Positions 50,336-58,738 of a stretch of 64,000 nucleotides of DNA are shown one piece after another. The position numbers were made by a program, and so were the translations under genes. The stretch is from a candidate division WOR-3 bacterium (GTDB taxonomy: Bacteria; Hydrothermota; 32-111), in the NCBI GenBank assembly GCA_039804105.1, contig JBDRZU010000001.1:224001-288000 (forward strand), in the 5' to 3' direction. Each line of letters starts with the position of its first letter. The first letter of the stretch is position 1. Under the pieces are notes generated by a model. The model was not told where the DNA came from, did not search any database, and was given only the letters and a program-made list of their open reading frames with translations.

Positions 50336-51822
50336 ATATAAAAATTGCTACTAATTCATTAATATTAACAATTACAAGATTCATAAATCTTGTTGTGATG
50401 ATTATTTATTTAATGATATTAGCAAGATTCCTAACTCTAAAAGAGTATGGAACTTTTTCTCAAATTTTACTTATATCCAATTTTGCAACGATTGTTCTTG
50501 GTTTTGGACTTGCTTCAAGTGTTAATTATTTTATGGCAAAAGAGGATACTGATGATGGAAAAAATAAGTTTTTATCAATTTTTTATACTTTCACTATTTT
50601 TATTTCAGTAATAATTGGAATTACTCTCATTTTAACTGATTCATTTTTCTCAAAATATTTTAATAATGATGATTTAATTTCATATTCGATCGCTTTTTTT
50701 GTTTTGCCTTTTGCAATTATTAGTAAATCAAGTTTTGACAACGTTATGATAGTTTCAAACAAAACAAGATATTTGTTATTTTTCAAAATATTCCATTCTG
50801 CTCTTCTTCTTATTACTGTTACTTTGAATTTTATTTTAAAAAGTAATTTTAAAATATTTTTAATATTTTATCTTGCAATTGAACTAATTGTATCACTTAT
50901 TTTTCTTTTATACATTTATTTATTTGTTAACAAATTCAAATTTAAAATTGAATATAGAATTCTGAAAAGTATATTAAAGTTTTCAATTCCATTAGGACTT
51001 GCAACAACAATTTCAACAATAAATATAGAACTTGATAAATTTATTATAGGTAGATTTTTTGATACTGAAAAACTCGCGATTTATACTAATGGGTCAAAGG
51101 AAATGCCTGTCACAATAATATCAGGATCGTTGGTTTCTATCCTTATGCCGATTATCGTTAAGGAGATTAAAAGAAAAAATTATAATAAAGTAATGGAACT
51201 ATGGAATAAAACAAATGAATTATCTTTAATTGTTATTTCTTACTTTATAATTATTTTTTTAGTATTTGCTCCAGAAATTGTAACAATACTTTATTCAAAA
51301 AAATACATTGAAGCAGTTCCTATCTTTAGAATATATTCTCTTGTTTTATTTTTAAAATTTACTTATTTTGGTATGGTGTTAAATGCTTCAGGTAAAACAA
51401 AATTTATTTTTTATTCATCCTTAATATCTCTATTTTTAAATATGTTTCTTAATGTTTTATTCATAAAATTATTTGGTTTTATTGGTCCAGCAATAGCAAC
51501 TCTATTATCTTTATCTGTTGTAGTTTTTTTTCAACTCTTTTATACTTCAAAATTGACTGGTTTTAGTTTTTTAAAAATTTTTAAATGGAATACAATCTTT
51601 AAAACTATAGTAGTAACTTTTCTTTTTTCGGTCATTTTAGAAGTTTTAAAAATTTTTATTTTAAAATTTAGAATAAATCCTTATTTATCTTTTATTGTTT
51701 TATTATTTCTATTTTCAATTTTCTACTTTATTTTTGCATTTAAAAAAAAAATTCTTAATTTATGGAAATATTTAAATAACTACAAACAGGAGGATGAAAT
51801 TAAAAATGAAAATTTTAGTTAA
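50332..51822 (+). CDS. wzx: Wzx-type oligosaccharide flippase
   Basis: LARFL...EYG, FSIPLG...[15 protein letters not shown]; 12-14 TM. Confidence 0.85.
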   Translation: MNIKIATNSLILTITRFINLVVMIIYLMILARFLTLKEYGTFSQILLISNFATIVLGFGLASSVNYFMAKEDTDDGKNKFLSIFYTFTIFISVIIGITLILTDSFFSKYFNNDDLISYSIAFFVLPFAIISKSSFDNVMIVSNKTRYLLFFKIFHSALLLITVTLNFILKSNFKIFLIFYLAIELIVSLIFLLYIYLFVNKFKFKIEYRILKSILKFSIPLGLATTISTINIELDKFIIGRFFDTEKLAIYTNGSKEMPVTIISGSLVSILMPIIVKEIKRKNYNKVMELWNKTNELSLIVISYFIIIFLVFAPEIVTILYSKKYIEAVPIFRIYSLVLFLKFTYFGMVLNASGKTKFIFYSSLISLFLNMFLNVLFIKLFGFIGPAIATLLSLSVVVFFQLFYTSKLTGFSFLKIFKWNTIFKTIVVTFLFSVILEVLKIFILKFRINPYLSFIVLLFLFSIFYFIFAFKKKILNLWKYLNNYKQEDEIKNENFS

Positions 51823-52414
51823 AAACATTTATTTGTTTTTAGTTTTTCTTTATGCAAAATTAATATCTTTATTTTTATATGACAAAAAATATCTTAAAAG
51901 TAAATGGTTTAAAGGACAAAAATATTTTTTTGATGCACCAGGATGGGTATGGATAATTAGAGATTTTAATGGGCGTCTGTTTTTAAATGTAAACACTACT
52001 GTACCATTTCCCATATCTCCTTTTTGTAAAGTAATTGATTTTAACAACATAACTTTTCATCCTGATTCTTTAAACATTTTTCAATCTGTAGGATCATATT
52101 TCCAGGCATTTAAAGACGGAAAAATTATAATCGGAAAGAATACTTGGATTGCTCCAAATGTTGGAATAATCACAACAAATCATAATCCCTTTAACCCGTC
52201 AAAACATCAAAAAGGGGAAACGGTTATTATAGAAGATAATTGTTGGATTGGAATGAATTCAGTTATATTGCCTGGAGTTAAATTGGGTAAGAATACAGTA
52301 GTTGGTGCTGGATCAGTGGTAACAAAAAGTTTTCCTGAAGGTTATTGTGTTATTGCTGGTAACCCAGCAAAAAAAATTAAGGATTTACCTAAAGAAGGTT
52401 ATCAAGAACCTTAA
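51806..52414 (+). CDS. Hexapeptide-repeat (LbH) acyltransferase
   Basis: [35 protein letters not shown]; alternative start 51794. Confidence 0.88.
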   Translation: MKILVKNIYLFLVFLYAKLISLFLYDKKYLKSKWFKGQKYFFDAPGWVWIIRDFNGRLFLNVNTTVPFPISPFCKVIDFNNITFHPDSLNIFQSVGSYFQAFKDGKIIIGKNTWIAPNVGIITTNHNPFNPSKHQKGETVIIEDNCWIGMNSVILPGVKLGKNTVVGAGSVVTKSFPEGYCVIAGNPAKKIKDLPKEGYQEP

Positions 52415-52448
52415 AAATTTTTCTTGCATTCATCTTCATTCATCCTAC

Positions 52449-52476
52449 TTGAATCTTGTTTCAAAATGATTACCAT
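52449..52476 (+). promoter_or_regulatory. Weak sigma70-like promoter TTGAAT-N16-TACCAT
   Basis: upstream of oligopeptidase RBS. Confidence 0.4.
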
Positions 52477-52500
52477 ATATTGAATATGAAAGGAGTGGTG

Positions 52501-54606
52501 ATGAAAAAATTAAAAAGTGTAATTGCTTCAGTTGTTCTTTTGATTTTCGTTTTCAGTTTTTCAAAGCAACTTAAACCTTTAACTCCACCTGATGCTATAA
52601 AGGAACCACATTATTTGAATATACATGATACAACTCTTGTTGATGATTATTTTTATTTCAGGAATAGTGATGATAAAAGGGTTCTTGATTATATTGATCA
52701 AGAAAACGAATATACCGAAAAAATAATGTCAAAAACAAAAAATCTCCAGAAACAACTTTATAATGAAATTTTGAAAAAGGTAGATAAGGATGATGTTTCT
52801 GTTCCAGAAAGAAGAGATTCTTTCCTTTACTATTACAAGGATTTAAAAGGTAAGGACTATACAATATTTTGTAGAAAAAAAGATAAGGAAGGTGCAAAAG
52901 AGGAAATTATTATCGATGTTAACGAATATGCAAAAAATTATCCTTTCTTTGATTTGAATTTTGGAGAGATTTCAACAGATCACAGGATGCTGTCCTATTC
53001 TTTTGATACTTTGGGAAATGAGAATTACACTTTACGAATACTCGATTTGAAAACAAAACAAGATATTGCTCTACCAGTTATCGATAATATTACATCTTTT
53101 GCATTCAACAGATACAACGATGGATTTTTCTATACGATTCAAAATGATATTTCAAGATCTTACGCTTTAAAATATTACGATATGAGAACAGGGAAAGATA
53201 CCTTGCTTTATGAAGAACAAGATGAAAGATTTTCTGTCTATATCAACAAAACAAGGAATAAAGATTATATATTGGTGTCTGTTTCAAGTTCAACAACTTC
53301 TGAATATTACTATATTGAAAGTGGTGATAGAGAGTTAGTTTTGAAACCTCTTGTAAAAAGAGAAAATGGAGTTGAGTATTCGTTTGACCAATCAGGAAAA
53401 TATTTTTACTTTTTAACAAATAAGGATTGTGTTAATTTCGACTTAAAAAGATTCAGAATCGATTCAACAATTGAAAATTCTTATACGATTATAAAAGGTT
53501 CAGATACTCTCATGATAGAGGGTTTTGATGCATTTGAAAAATTTTTGTCTGTGTACGAAAGAGTTAATGGAAGGAAAAAATTAAAATTTTATTATCTTGA
53601 TAGTGGTGAATCAAAATATTTTAATTTTGGTGAAGAAAATTGCACTTTTTATCCGTTTTCAAATTCATCTTTTAGAAGGGATTCTTTGAGAGTGTCTTAT
53701 ATGTCGTTAAAAACACCTGCAACTGTTATTGACATTGATGTGTGGAATTTAAAAAGTGTAGTTAAAAAGGTTGATGAGATAAAAGGTTATAAAAAAGAAA
53801 ATTATGTAACTGAATATATCTATGCTCAAGCACCAGATGGAGAGATGATTCCAATATCACTTGTTTACAATAAAAAATTTAAGCCGGAAAATCGTCCTTT
53901 ACTTTTAACAGGTTATGGTGCTTACGGTGCTCCATCAAATCCCTACTTTTCAACATCAAGGTTATCTTTACTTGATAGGGGAGTGATATACGGTATCGCA
54001 CACATTAGGGGAGGTGGAGATAAAGGAAGAAAATGGTATCTTGATGGAAAAATGTTTAAAAAGATGAACACTTTTACTGATTTTATTTCTTGTGCAGAAT
54101 ATCTTATTCAAAAAGGTTATACTTCACAGGATAAACTTGCAATTGAAGGTGGAAGTGCTGGAGGACTTTTGATAGGATCTGTTTTAAACATGAAACCTCA
54201 TCTTTTTAAAGGAGCAATCCTCGGTGTCCCATTCGTTGACCTTATCAATACAATGCTTGACACAACTTTACCACTTACAGTAGGGGAGTTTGAAGAATGG
54301 GGTAATCCCCAGATAAAGGAGCAGTTCGATTATATGATAAAATACAGCCCTTATGATAATATTCAACCTAAAAAATATCCAATAATACTTGTGAAATCAT
54401 CTTTCTATGATACAAGGGTGATGTATTGGGAACCACTGAAATGGGTCGCAAAAATGAGAGACAATAAACTTGATAACAACCTTTTACTCTTAAAAATGAG
54501 AATGAATGCTGGACATGGTGGAAATTCAGGTAAATATAACTGGTATGAAGAGATAGCATTTGATAATGCATTTTTACTTTATTATGTTTGGGGTATCACT
54601 AAATAA
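52501..54606 (+). CDS. ptrB: Oligopeptidase B-like S9A peptidase with signal peptide
   Basis: GYGAYG, HIRGGG, GGSAGG, EEWGNP, DTRV, AGHGG; GGAG RBS before ATG 52501. Confidence 0.88.
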   Translation: MKKLKSVIASVVLLIFVFSFSKQLKPLTPPDAIKEPHYLNIHDTTLVDDYFYFRNSDDKRVLDYIDQENEYTEKIMSKTKNLQKQLYNEILKKVDKDDVSVPERRDSFLYYYKDLKGKDYTIFCRKKDKEGAKEEIIIDVNEYAKNYPFFDLNFGEISTDHRMLSYSFDTLGNENYTLRILDLKTKQDIALPVIDNITSFAFNRYNDGFFYTIQNDISRSYALKYYDMRTGKDTLLYEEQDERFSVYINKTRNKDYILVSVSSSTTSEYYYIESGDRELVLKPLVKRENGVEYSFDQSGKYFYFLTNKDCVNFDLKRFRIDSTIENSYTIIKGSDTLMIEGFDAFEKFLSVYERVNGRKKLKFYYLDSGESKYFNFGEENCTFYPFSNSSFRRDSLRVSYMSLKTPATVIDIDVWNLKSVVKKVDEIKGYKKENYVTEYIYAQAPDGEMIPISLVYNKKFKPENRPLLLTGYGAYGAPSNPYFSTSRLSLLDRGVIYGIAHIRGGGDKGRKWYLDGKMFKKMNTFTDFISCAEYLIQKGYTSQDKLAIEGGSAGGLLIGSVLNMKPHLFKGAILGVPFVDLINTMLDTTLPLTVGEFEEWGNPQIKEQFDYMIKYSPYDNIQPKKYPIILVKSSFYDTRVMYWEPLKWVAKMRDNKLDNNLLLLKMRMNAGHGGNSGKYNWYEEIAFDNAFLLYYVWGITK

Positions 54607-54607
54607 A

Positions 54608-55366
54608 CTATAAAGTTATCGTTTCTGAAGGTGAGTTGTAAGGAGAGATAACAAATTTTGTTTTCTCAGATTGAAATTGTGCGATTATTTCGTTGTAGAC
54701 AACTTCAGGGGAGTTGGTTCTTTTACTTAAATGATGTAAAAATATGTATTTTATATTTTGATTATAAAGTTTTTTAATAACTTTTAGTGTATCGTCGTTT
54801 GACAAGTGTCCATTTTCAGAAAGTATTCTTTGTTTTAAAGAGTCAGAATATTTTGATTTATGAAGTCCTTCTTTAGAATGGTTTGACTCAATCACAAGAA
54901 TCTTGATATCTTTTAAGAGAGGAATCAGATTATCATCAAATTGTCCCATATCTGAAAGGAATCCAATTTTTGAGTCATGGTAATTTATTATAAATCCAGT
55001 ATTTAACATATCGTGTGAAATTTCGAATGGGAAAAATTCAAAGTCGAACACAGAAAAACTTTTTCCAAACTCAAAAGGGATTTTAAAAAGGTGATTTTGA
55101 TAATGATTTTTATAATTGTTATTAAAATATAGATTTATTGACGGATTTTTTTTAAGAATAGATTCAAGACCTATGAAATGATCTCTATGAAAATGGGTTA
55201 TAACGATTGCTTTTAAATTTTCTATTGAAAGTGATTTGGATTCCAAAAGTTTTCTGGTTTTTCTATATGAAAGTCCAGCATCAATAAGTATAAGTTCTTC
55301 AGGATTTGAATATAGTACAAAAGAATTCCCATCAGAACAACTCGATAAAGAGAAAAAATTAACCAT
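54608..55366 (-). CDS. YycJ/WalJ-like metallo-beta-lactamase-fold hydrolase
   Basis: IDAG, THFHRDH, SHD, ESNH, GHLSN, HLS..TN. Confidence 0.82.
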   Translation of the reverse strand: MVNFFSLSSCSDGNSFVLYSNPEELILIDAGLSYRKTRKLLESKSLSIENLKAIVITHFHRDHFIGLESILKKNPSINLYFNNNYKNHYQNHLFKIPFEFGKSFSVFDFEFFPFEISHDMLNTGFIINYHDSKIGFLSDMGQFDDNLIPLLKDIKILVIESNHSKEGLHKSKYSDSLKQRILSENGHLSNDDTLKVIKKLYNQNIKYIFLHHLSKRTNSPEVVYNEIIAQFQSEKTKFVISPYNSPSETITL

Positions 55367-55465
55367 TTTTCCACATTTTGTTTAAATAATTTTTTATTAT
55401 TTTTCCGATAGTTATACTACTTTTCCACATATTTTACCCATCATTATCCACATTATTTATCCACA
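55367..55465 (+). promoter_or_regulatory. Cluster of four co-oriented DnaA boxes
   Basis: TTTTCCACA 55367-55375 and 55421-55429; TTATCCACA 55444-55452 and 55457-55465. Confidence 0.75.
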
Positions 55466-55480
55466 ACATGAGAACAAAAA

Positions 55481-55519
55481 TTGGGGACGGTGCTTGACTT
55501 TTTGACATTTTTTTTGTAA
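55481..55519 (-). repeat. Dispersed repeat copy 3 (inverted; A8 instead of A7)
   Basis: TTGGGGACGGTGCTTGACTTTTTGACATTTTTTTTGTAA on + strand. Confidence 0.95.
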
Positions 55520-55557
55520 ATACATTAAATTAAATAAGTTATAGACCATTCAATTTT

Positions 55558-56631
55558 TTATTTTTGGTAAATTTTTATCGATTTTTTCCGATTTTTAATA
55601 TTTTGCTCGATAACTTTCTTTGAATTACTGAAAATACTTTTATAAAAGTCGTAAGGATAAAACATTGTAGAATCATCAACAGGATCAGAAATTTCAAATG
55701 CCCCAATACCTTCATAATAATTTTCATTTATAAAACCTTTTACTTTACATGGACCGGTGAAAATTACTCCAGGGATAAAACATTCATCGTAGAGTGGCTC
55801 ATAAAAAAGATAGATAGAATCATCTTTACTTCTTATAAGAAAACCGTATTCGTAGATTTTACGCGATAAGAGTGATTTTCTGTATGTTATAGTGTCAAGA
55901 AAAGTGTTTTTATATATCATCGATTTTTTGTCTTTAAGATTATGATATTGTAAAAAGTTGAATTCTTGATTTTTAAAATGACCTGAAACAAGAAATTTAT
56001 CATCACCAAGAAAAATACCACTCCAGATCCATCTATTCTTAATATCAAGTTTCATATTTCCCCATTGATGATCAAACCATCCATACTTGTTTGATATTTT
56101 TGTTAGATCAATATTGACTTTATCTGTTTTGATAAAACCAGTTAATTTTTTTGAAATCAAAGAATAATATCCTGCTGTGTCTTTTATATGTCCCATAATA
56201 ATATAGCCGCTATCTCCATTTATGAGCATTTTATTGTCATAATCAAAATTTATCGAACATTGTAAATCGTTAAGATAAAAATTTATATCAAAACTAAGAT
56301 TTTCAAAATCATTATTGTCTTTGAAATTTTTCATACCAGAATAGATTGGGACATTAGTTTCATAATAATAGAAAGTATCCTTTAAAATATCTTTGATATA
56401 TATGTTTGAGAAATATGAATTAGCATCAAAATATTGAAAAACGATTACAAAATAATCATATTTTTTTTGCTGATTTTCAGTTAAAATATAGGTGTAATAC
56501 CAATTGATTTGACCTTTATGAATCTGGACATCTTTTGTTAAATCAAGAGTATATTTTTGATAATGATGCGCACAATTTATTAAAAGAAACATAAAAAAAA
56601 TGGAAAAGATTTTTTCTAATCTCAGTTTCAT
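55558..56631 (-). CDS. Lipoprotein with AttH/CrtC-like (lipocalin-like) domain
   Basis: lipobox LINC; NWYY, YYSL, GWFDHQWG, WIWSG, YEGIGAFE. Confidence 0.65.
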   Translation of the reverse strand: MKLRLEKIFSIFFMFLLINCAHHYQKYTLDLTKDVQIHKGQINWYYTYILTENQQKKYDYFVIVFQYFDANSYFSNIYIKDILKDTFYYYETNVPIYSGMKNFKDNNDFENLSFDINFYLNDLQCSINFDYDNKMLINGDSGYIIMGHIKDTAGYYSLISKKLTGFIKTDKVNIDLTKISNKYGWFDHQWGNMKLDIKNRWIWSGIFLGDDKFLVSGHFKNQEFNFLQYHNLKDKKSMIYKNTFLDTITYRKSLLSRKIYEYGFLIRSKDDSIYLFYEPLYDECFIPGVIFTGPCKVKGFINENYYEGIGAFEISDPVDDSTMFYPYDFYKSIFSNSKKVIEQNIKNRKKSIKIYQK

Positions 56632-56638
56632 AGATTTT

Positions 56639-56666
56639 ATATTATCAAAACAATTATTTATGTCAA
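56639..56666 (-). promoter_or_regulatory. sigma70-like promoter TTGACA-N16-TAATAT (probably leaderless)
   Basis: -10 ends 7 nt before ATG 56631. Confidence 0.55.
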
Positions 56667-56697
56667 TAACTATCAATAATGTTATAGCTTATCTTGA

Positions 56698-56730
56698 TTG
56701 GGGACGGTGCTTGACTTTTTGACATTTTTT
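56698..56730 (-). repeat. Dispersed repeat copy 4 (inverted, lacks terminal TTAC)
   Basis: TTGGGGACGGTGCTTGACTTTTTGACATTTTTT on + strand. Confidence 0.95.
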
Positions 56731-56738
56731 GATCTCTG

Positions 56739-56766
56739 TTGAAATATTTTGGAGTAAATATATAAT
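56739..56766 (+). promoter_or_regulatory. sigma70-like promoter TTGAAA-N16-TATAAT
   Basis: -10 ends 7 nt before ATG 56774 of the pseudogene. Confidence 0.55.
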
Positions 56767-56773
56767 TTCAAAA

Positions 56774-57755
56774 ATGGAAAAAGAGAAAATTTTGTTGATA
56801 TAGTAATATCCTTAGGAATTTTCTTGGTAGTTTTAGGATATACAGAAATCGACCCAAATCTAAAAAAATTTATATATTCGTTCCATATGCCTTTGTTTTT
56901 AATCATAATCATATAAAGATTAATAATTCCTTATTTTTTTTATTTTAGTTTTTTGACTTATCTATTTTGGATCTTTGTAACGGGGAGAGATGGAATCGGA
57001 CTTGCTATGAAATTGTATATCTAAAAACTATAATTGGAACTTTAATAGGCTTATCACATAACGATTATTTTGTTCACAATATATCAATTATGGTTTTATA
57101 TGTTTATTTTTGATTGAATTGCTTTATTTTTATATTTCCAAGATAAAAAATCAGGTTTTACTTTTAATTGTTTCAATTATTTTGAGTTTTATAGGTTATG
57201 TTGTCACAAAAAGATTACATTTAGTGTAAATATACGGATTTGCAAAGTTTTAATAACACAAGTGTTTTATTTTTTATGATTTATCATTAAGAAAAACAAC
57301 TTTATAGTTAATTTAAGGCGATTAACTATATTTAAAAATATAGTTTAACTTTAATTTTTTTTATTTTAAATCAATTTTTGACTAAATTTAACTGATTTGT
57401 CGGTTTTGTTGGAAATCTTTTTGGAAATAAACTTTCTAATATATTATTTAAATGGTATAATTGGGAAGTTTATGATCATTTTTATTTCGTTAACGATTGA
57501 AAAATTAATTTGTTATCAAGAAGTACACTTTATATTTTAGATTTCTATGAACAGGTTTTGACTTTGATATTTGGTGTTATTTTATTTTTGTTTAAAATGG
57601 AACCTGAAGTGTACAAGAGTATTTTGATAGTGAATATAATTTTTTCAATGGGAGTATGTCTTGGAATAGGAATAATGAACAATTTAATTTTATTGTGCAA
57701 ATTAAAAATAAATTTCAAAAATAGAACAACTAGCATAAGAGTTAAATCCGATTAA
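56774..57755 (+). pseudogene. Degraded acyltransferase-3 (OafA-like) O-acyltransferase
   Basis: ATG 56774 is out of frame with RENFVD..LGIFLVVLG..IYSFHMPLF; stop at 56914 then RLIIPYFF..LTYLFW; further broken hydrophobic fragments; 3' limit approximate. Confidence 0.78.
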
Positions 57756-57811
57756 AAGAGTGTTTTAGGTTGAGATGATTAAAGGTATTTTTGTTGAAAT
57801 ATACATACTCA

Positions 57812-57839
57812 ACTTTACATAATATATATTATCGGGAAT
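57812..57839 (-). other. dif: dif site (XerC/XerD chromosome dimer resolution)
   Basis: minus strand ATTCCCGATAA-TATATA-TTATGTAAAGT; 11-6-11 architecture; 23/28 match to B. subtilis dif as recalled (ACTTCCTAGAA TATATA TTATGTAAACT); intergenic. Confidence 0.85.
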
Positions 57840-57877
57840 TTTGTATATTATTTATTTTGCGAAGAAAATATATATTT

Positions 57878-58639
57878 TTATTTAATTATTCCCTGTACTT
57901 TCTTCTCATTATACTGTTGAGTTAAAGGATCAACAGCACCTTCAAGCATATTTTTGTAAACATATGCCTGTTGAACAAAACTTGAATTTGGGAATCTGTA
58001 TATTATTTCTTCGTAACAGTTAATTGCGTCTTCGATTTCATATTTCATTTCGTAAACTCTTCCCATTCCTAAATATGCTTCAGGTGTGTAAGCGTTTTCA
58101 GGTACATTTGTTGTGGCTTGCTTGTAGTACACGAGTGCTGAATCTATTTGGAGAGATCCCTCAAATGCCTTTGCTATACCTATGTAAGCAGCACATTTTA
58201 ATTCATCGAGTCCATATTTGTATTTGATAAACTGTTTGAAATTTTTAATCGCATCATTGTAGTATTTTTGAGAATTCTGTTGATCTATTGCTCCAAGATT
58301 CAAATTACACATTCCGATATAATAAGTCGCTTTTTTAGCAGAATTTGTTCCATAGTATGATTGTTTGATGTTTGTAAACAGTTCGAGTGCCTGTTTGAAA
58401 TCACCAGAAACAAATATATCTATAGCACCTGTCAATTCAAGGGATGAATTCCTTTCTTTCGAAACAAAACTTGATCTGATTGAAATCGCTATAATTATAA
58501 TAAGAATAAATGCTGAAAAACCGATAAAAAGATATCTCCAATTTAATCTTGACCAATTAATAAATTCACCAACAGCTTCAATAAACTTATCTTTTTTGAG
58601 TTCGGATTTTTTTACTTTAACCTTTTTAACTATTGTCAT
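57878..58639 (-). CDS. Single-pass membrane TPR protein (YfgM-like)
   Basis: KKSELKKDKF, TM helix, TPR units; AGGAG RBS. Confidence 0.75.
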   Translation of the reverse strand: MTIVKKVKVKKSELKKDKFIEAVGEFINWSRLNWRYLFIGFSAFILIIIIAISIRSSFVSKERNSSLELTGAIDIFVSGDFKQALELFTNIKQSYYGTNSAKKATYYIGMCNLNLGAIDQQNSQKYYNDAIKNFKQFIKYKYGLDELKCAAYIGIAKAFEGSLQIDSALVYYKQATTNVPENAYTPEAYLGMGRVYEMKYEIEDAINCYEEIIYRFPNSSFVQQAYVYKNMLEGAVDPLTQQYNEKKVQGIIK

Positions 58640-58660
58640 TTGCTACTCCTTTTTTGTAAG

Positions 58661-58733
58661 TGCCCCTGACAAGAATCGAACTTGTGGCCCTCTGTTTAGG
58701 AAACAGATGCTCTATCCACTGAGCTACAGGGGC
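58661..58733 (-). tRNA. tRNA-Arg(CCT), CCA not encoded
   Basis: GCCCCTG/CAGGGGC acceptor; TAGCTCAGTGGATAGAGC D arm; TCTGT-TTCCTAA-ACAGA; GTTCGATTC. Confidence 0.96.
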
Positions 58734-58738
58734 ATTTT

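Noticed and set aside
32989..51751. Phase-variable homopolymers (A10 in tRNA promoter spacer, T9 near 42920, A10 in wzx)
   Set aside because: Such A/T runs are expected at this base composition and the reading frames are intact
55367..55480. Canonical oriC
   Set aside because: No dnaA/dnaN nearby, no clear DnaA-trio run after the tandem boxes, genes converge rather than diverge, and dif is adjacent
39680..55519. Composite transposon or IS bounded by inverted copies 2 and 3
   Set aside because: No transposase and no evident target-site duplication; the interval includes housekeeping-like ptrB and yycJ-like genes
37171..56730. 38-bp repeat as CRISPR repeats
   Set aside because: Copies are kilobases apart, in both orientations, with no spacer array and no cas genes
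37171..56730. Repeat as the promoter of adjacent genes (contains TTGACT/TTGACA)
   Set aside because: Those hexamers face away from the downstream gene and lack a well-spaced -10 in the copies checked. Three of the four downstream genes have separate promoters at variable distances. An operator role is not fully excluded
57510..57755. 81-aa ORF as an independent gene
   Set aside because: More simply the C-terminal fragment of the acyltransferase pseudogene
58661..58733. tRNA-Arg or tRNA-Ala as an island integration site
   Set aside because: No duplicated tRNA 3' end or integrase seen in the window
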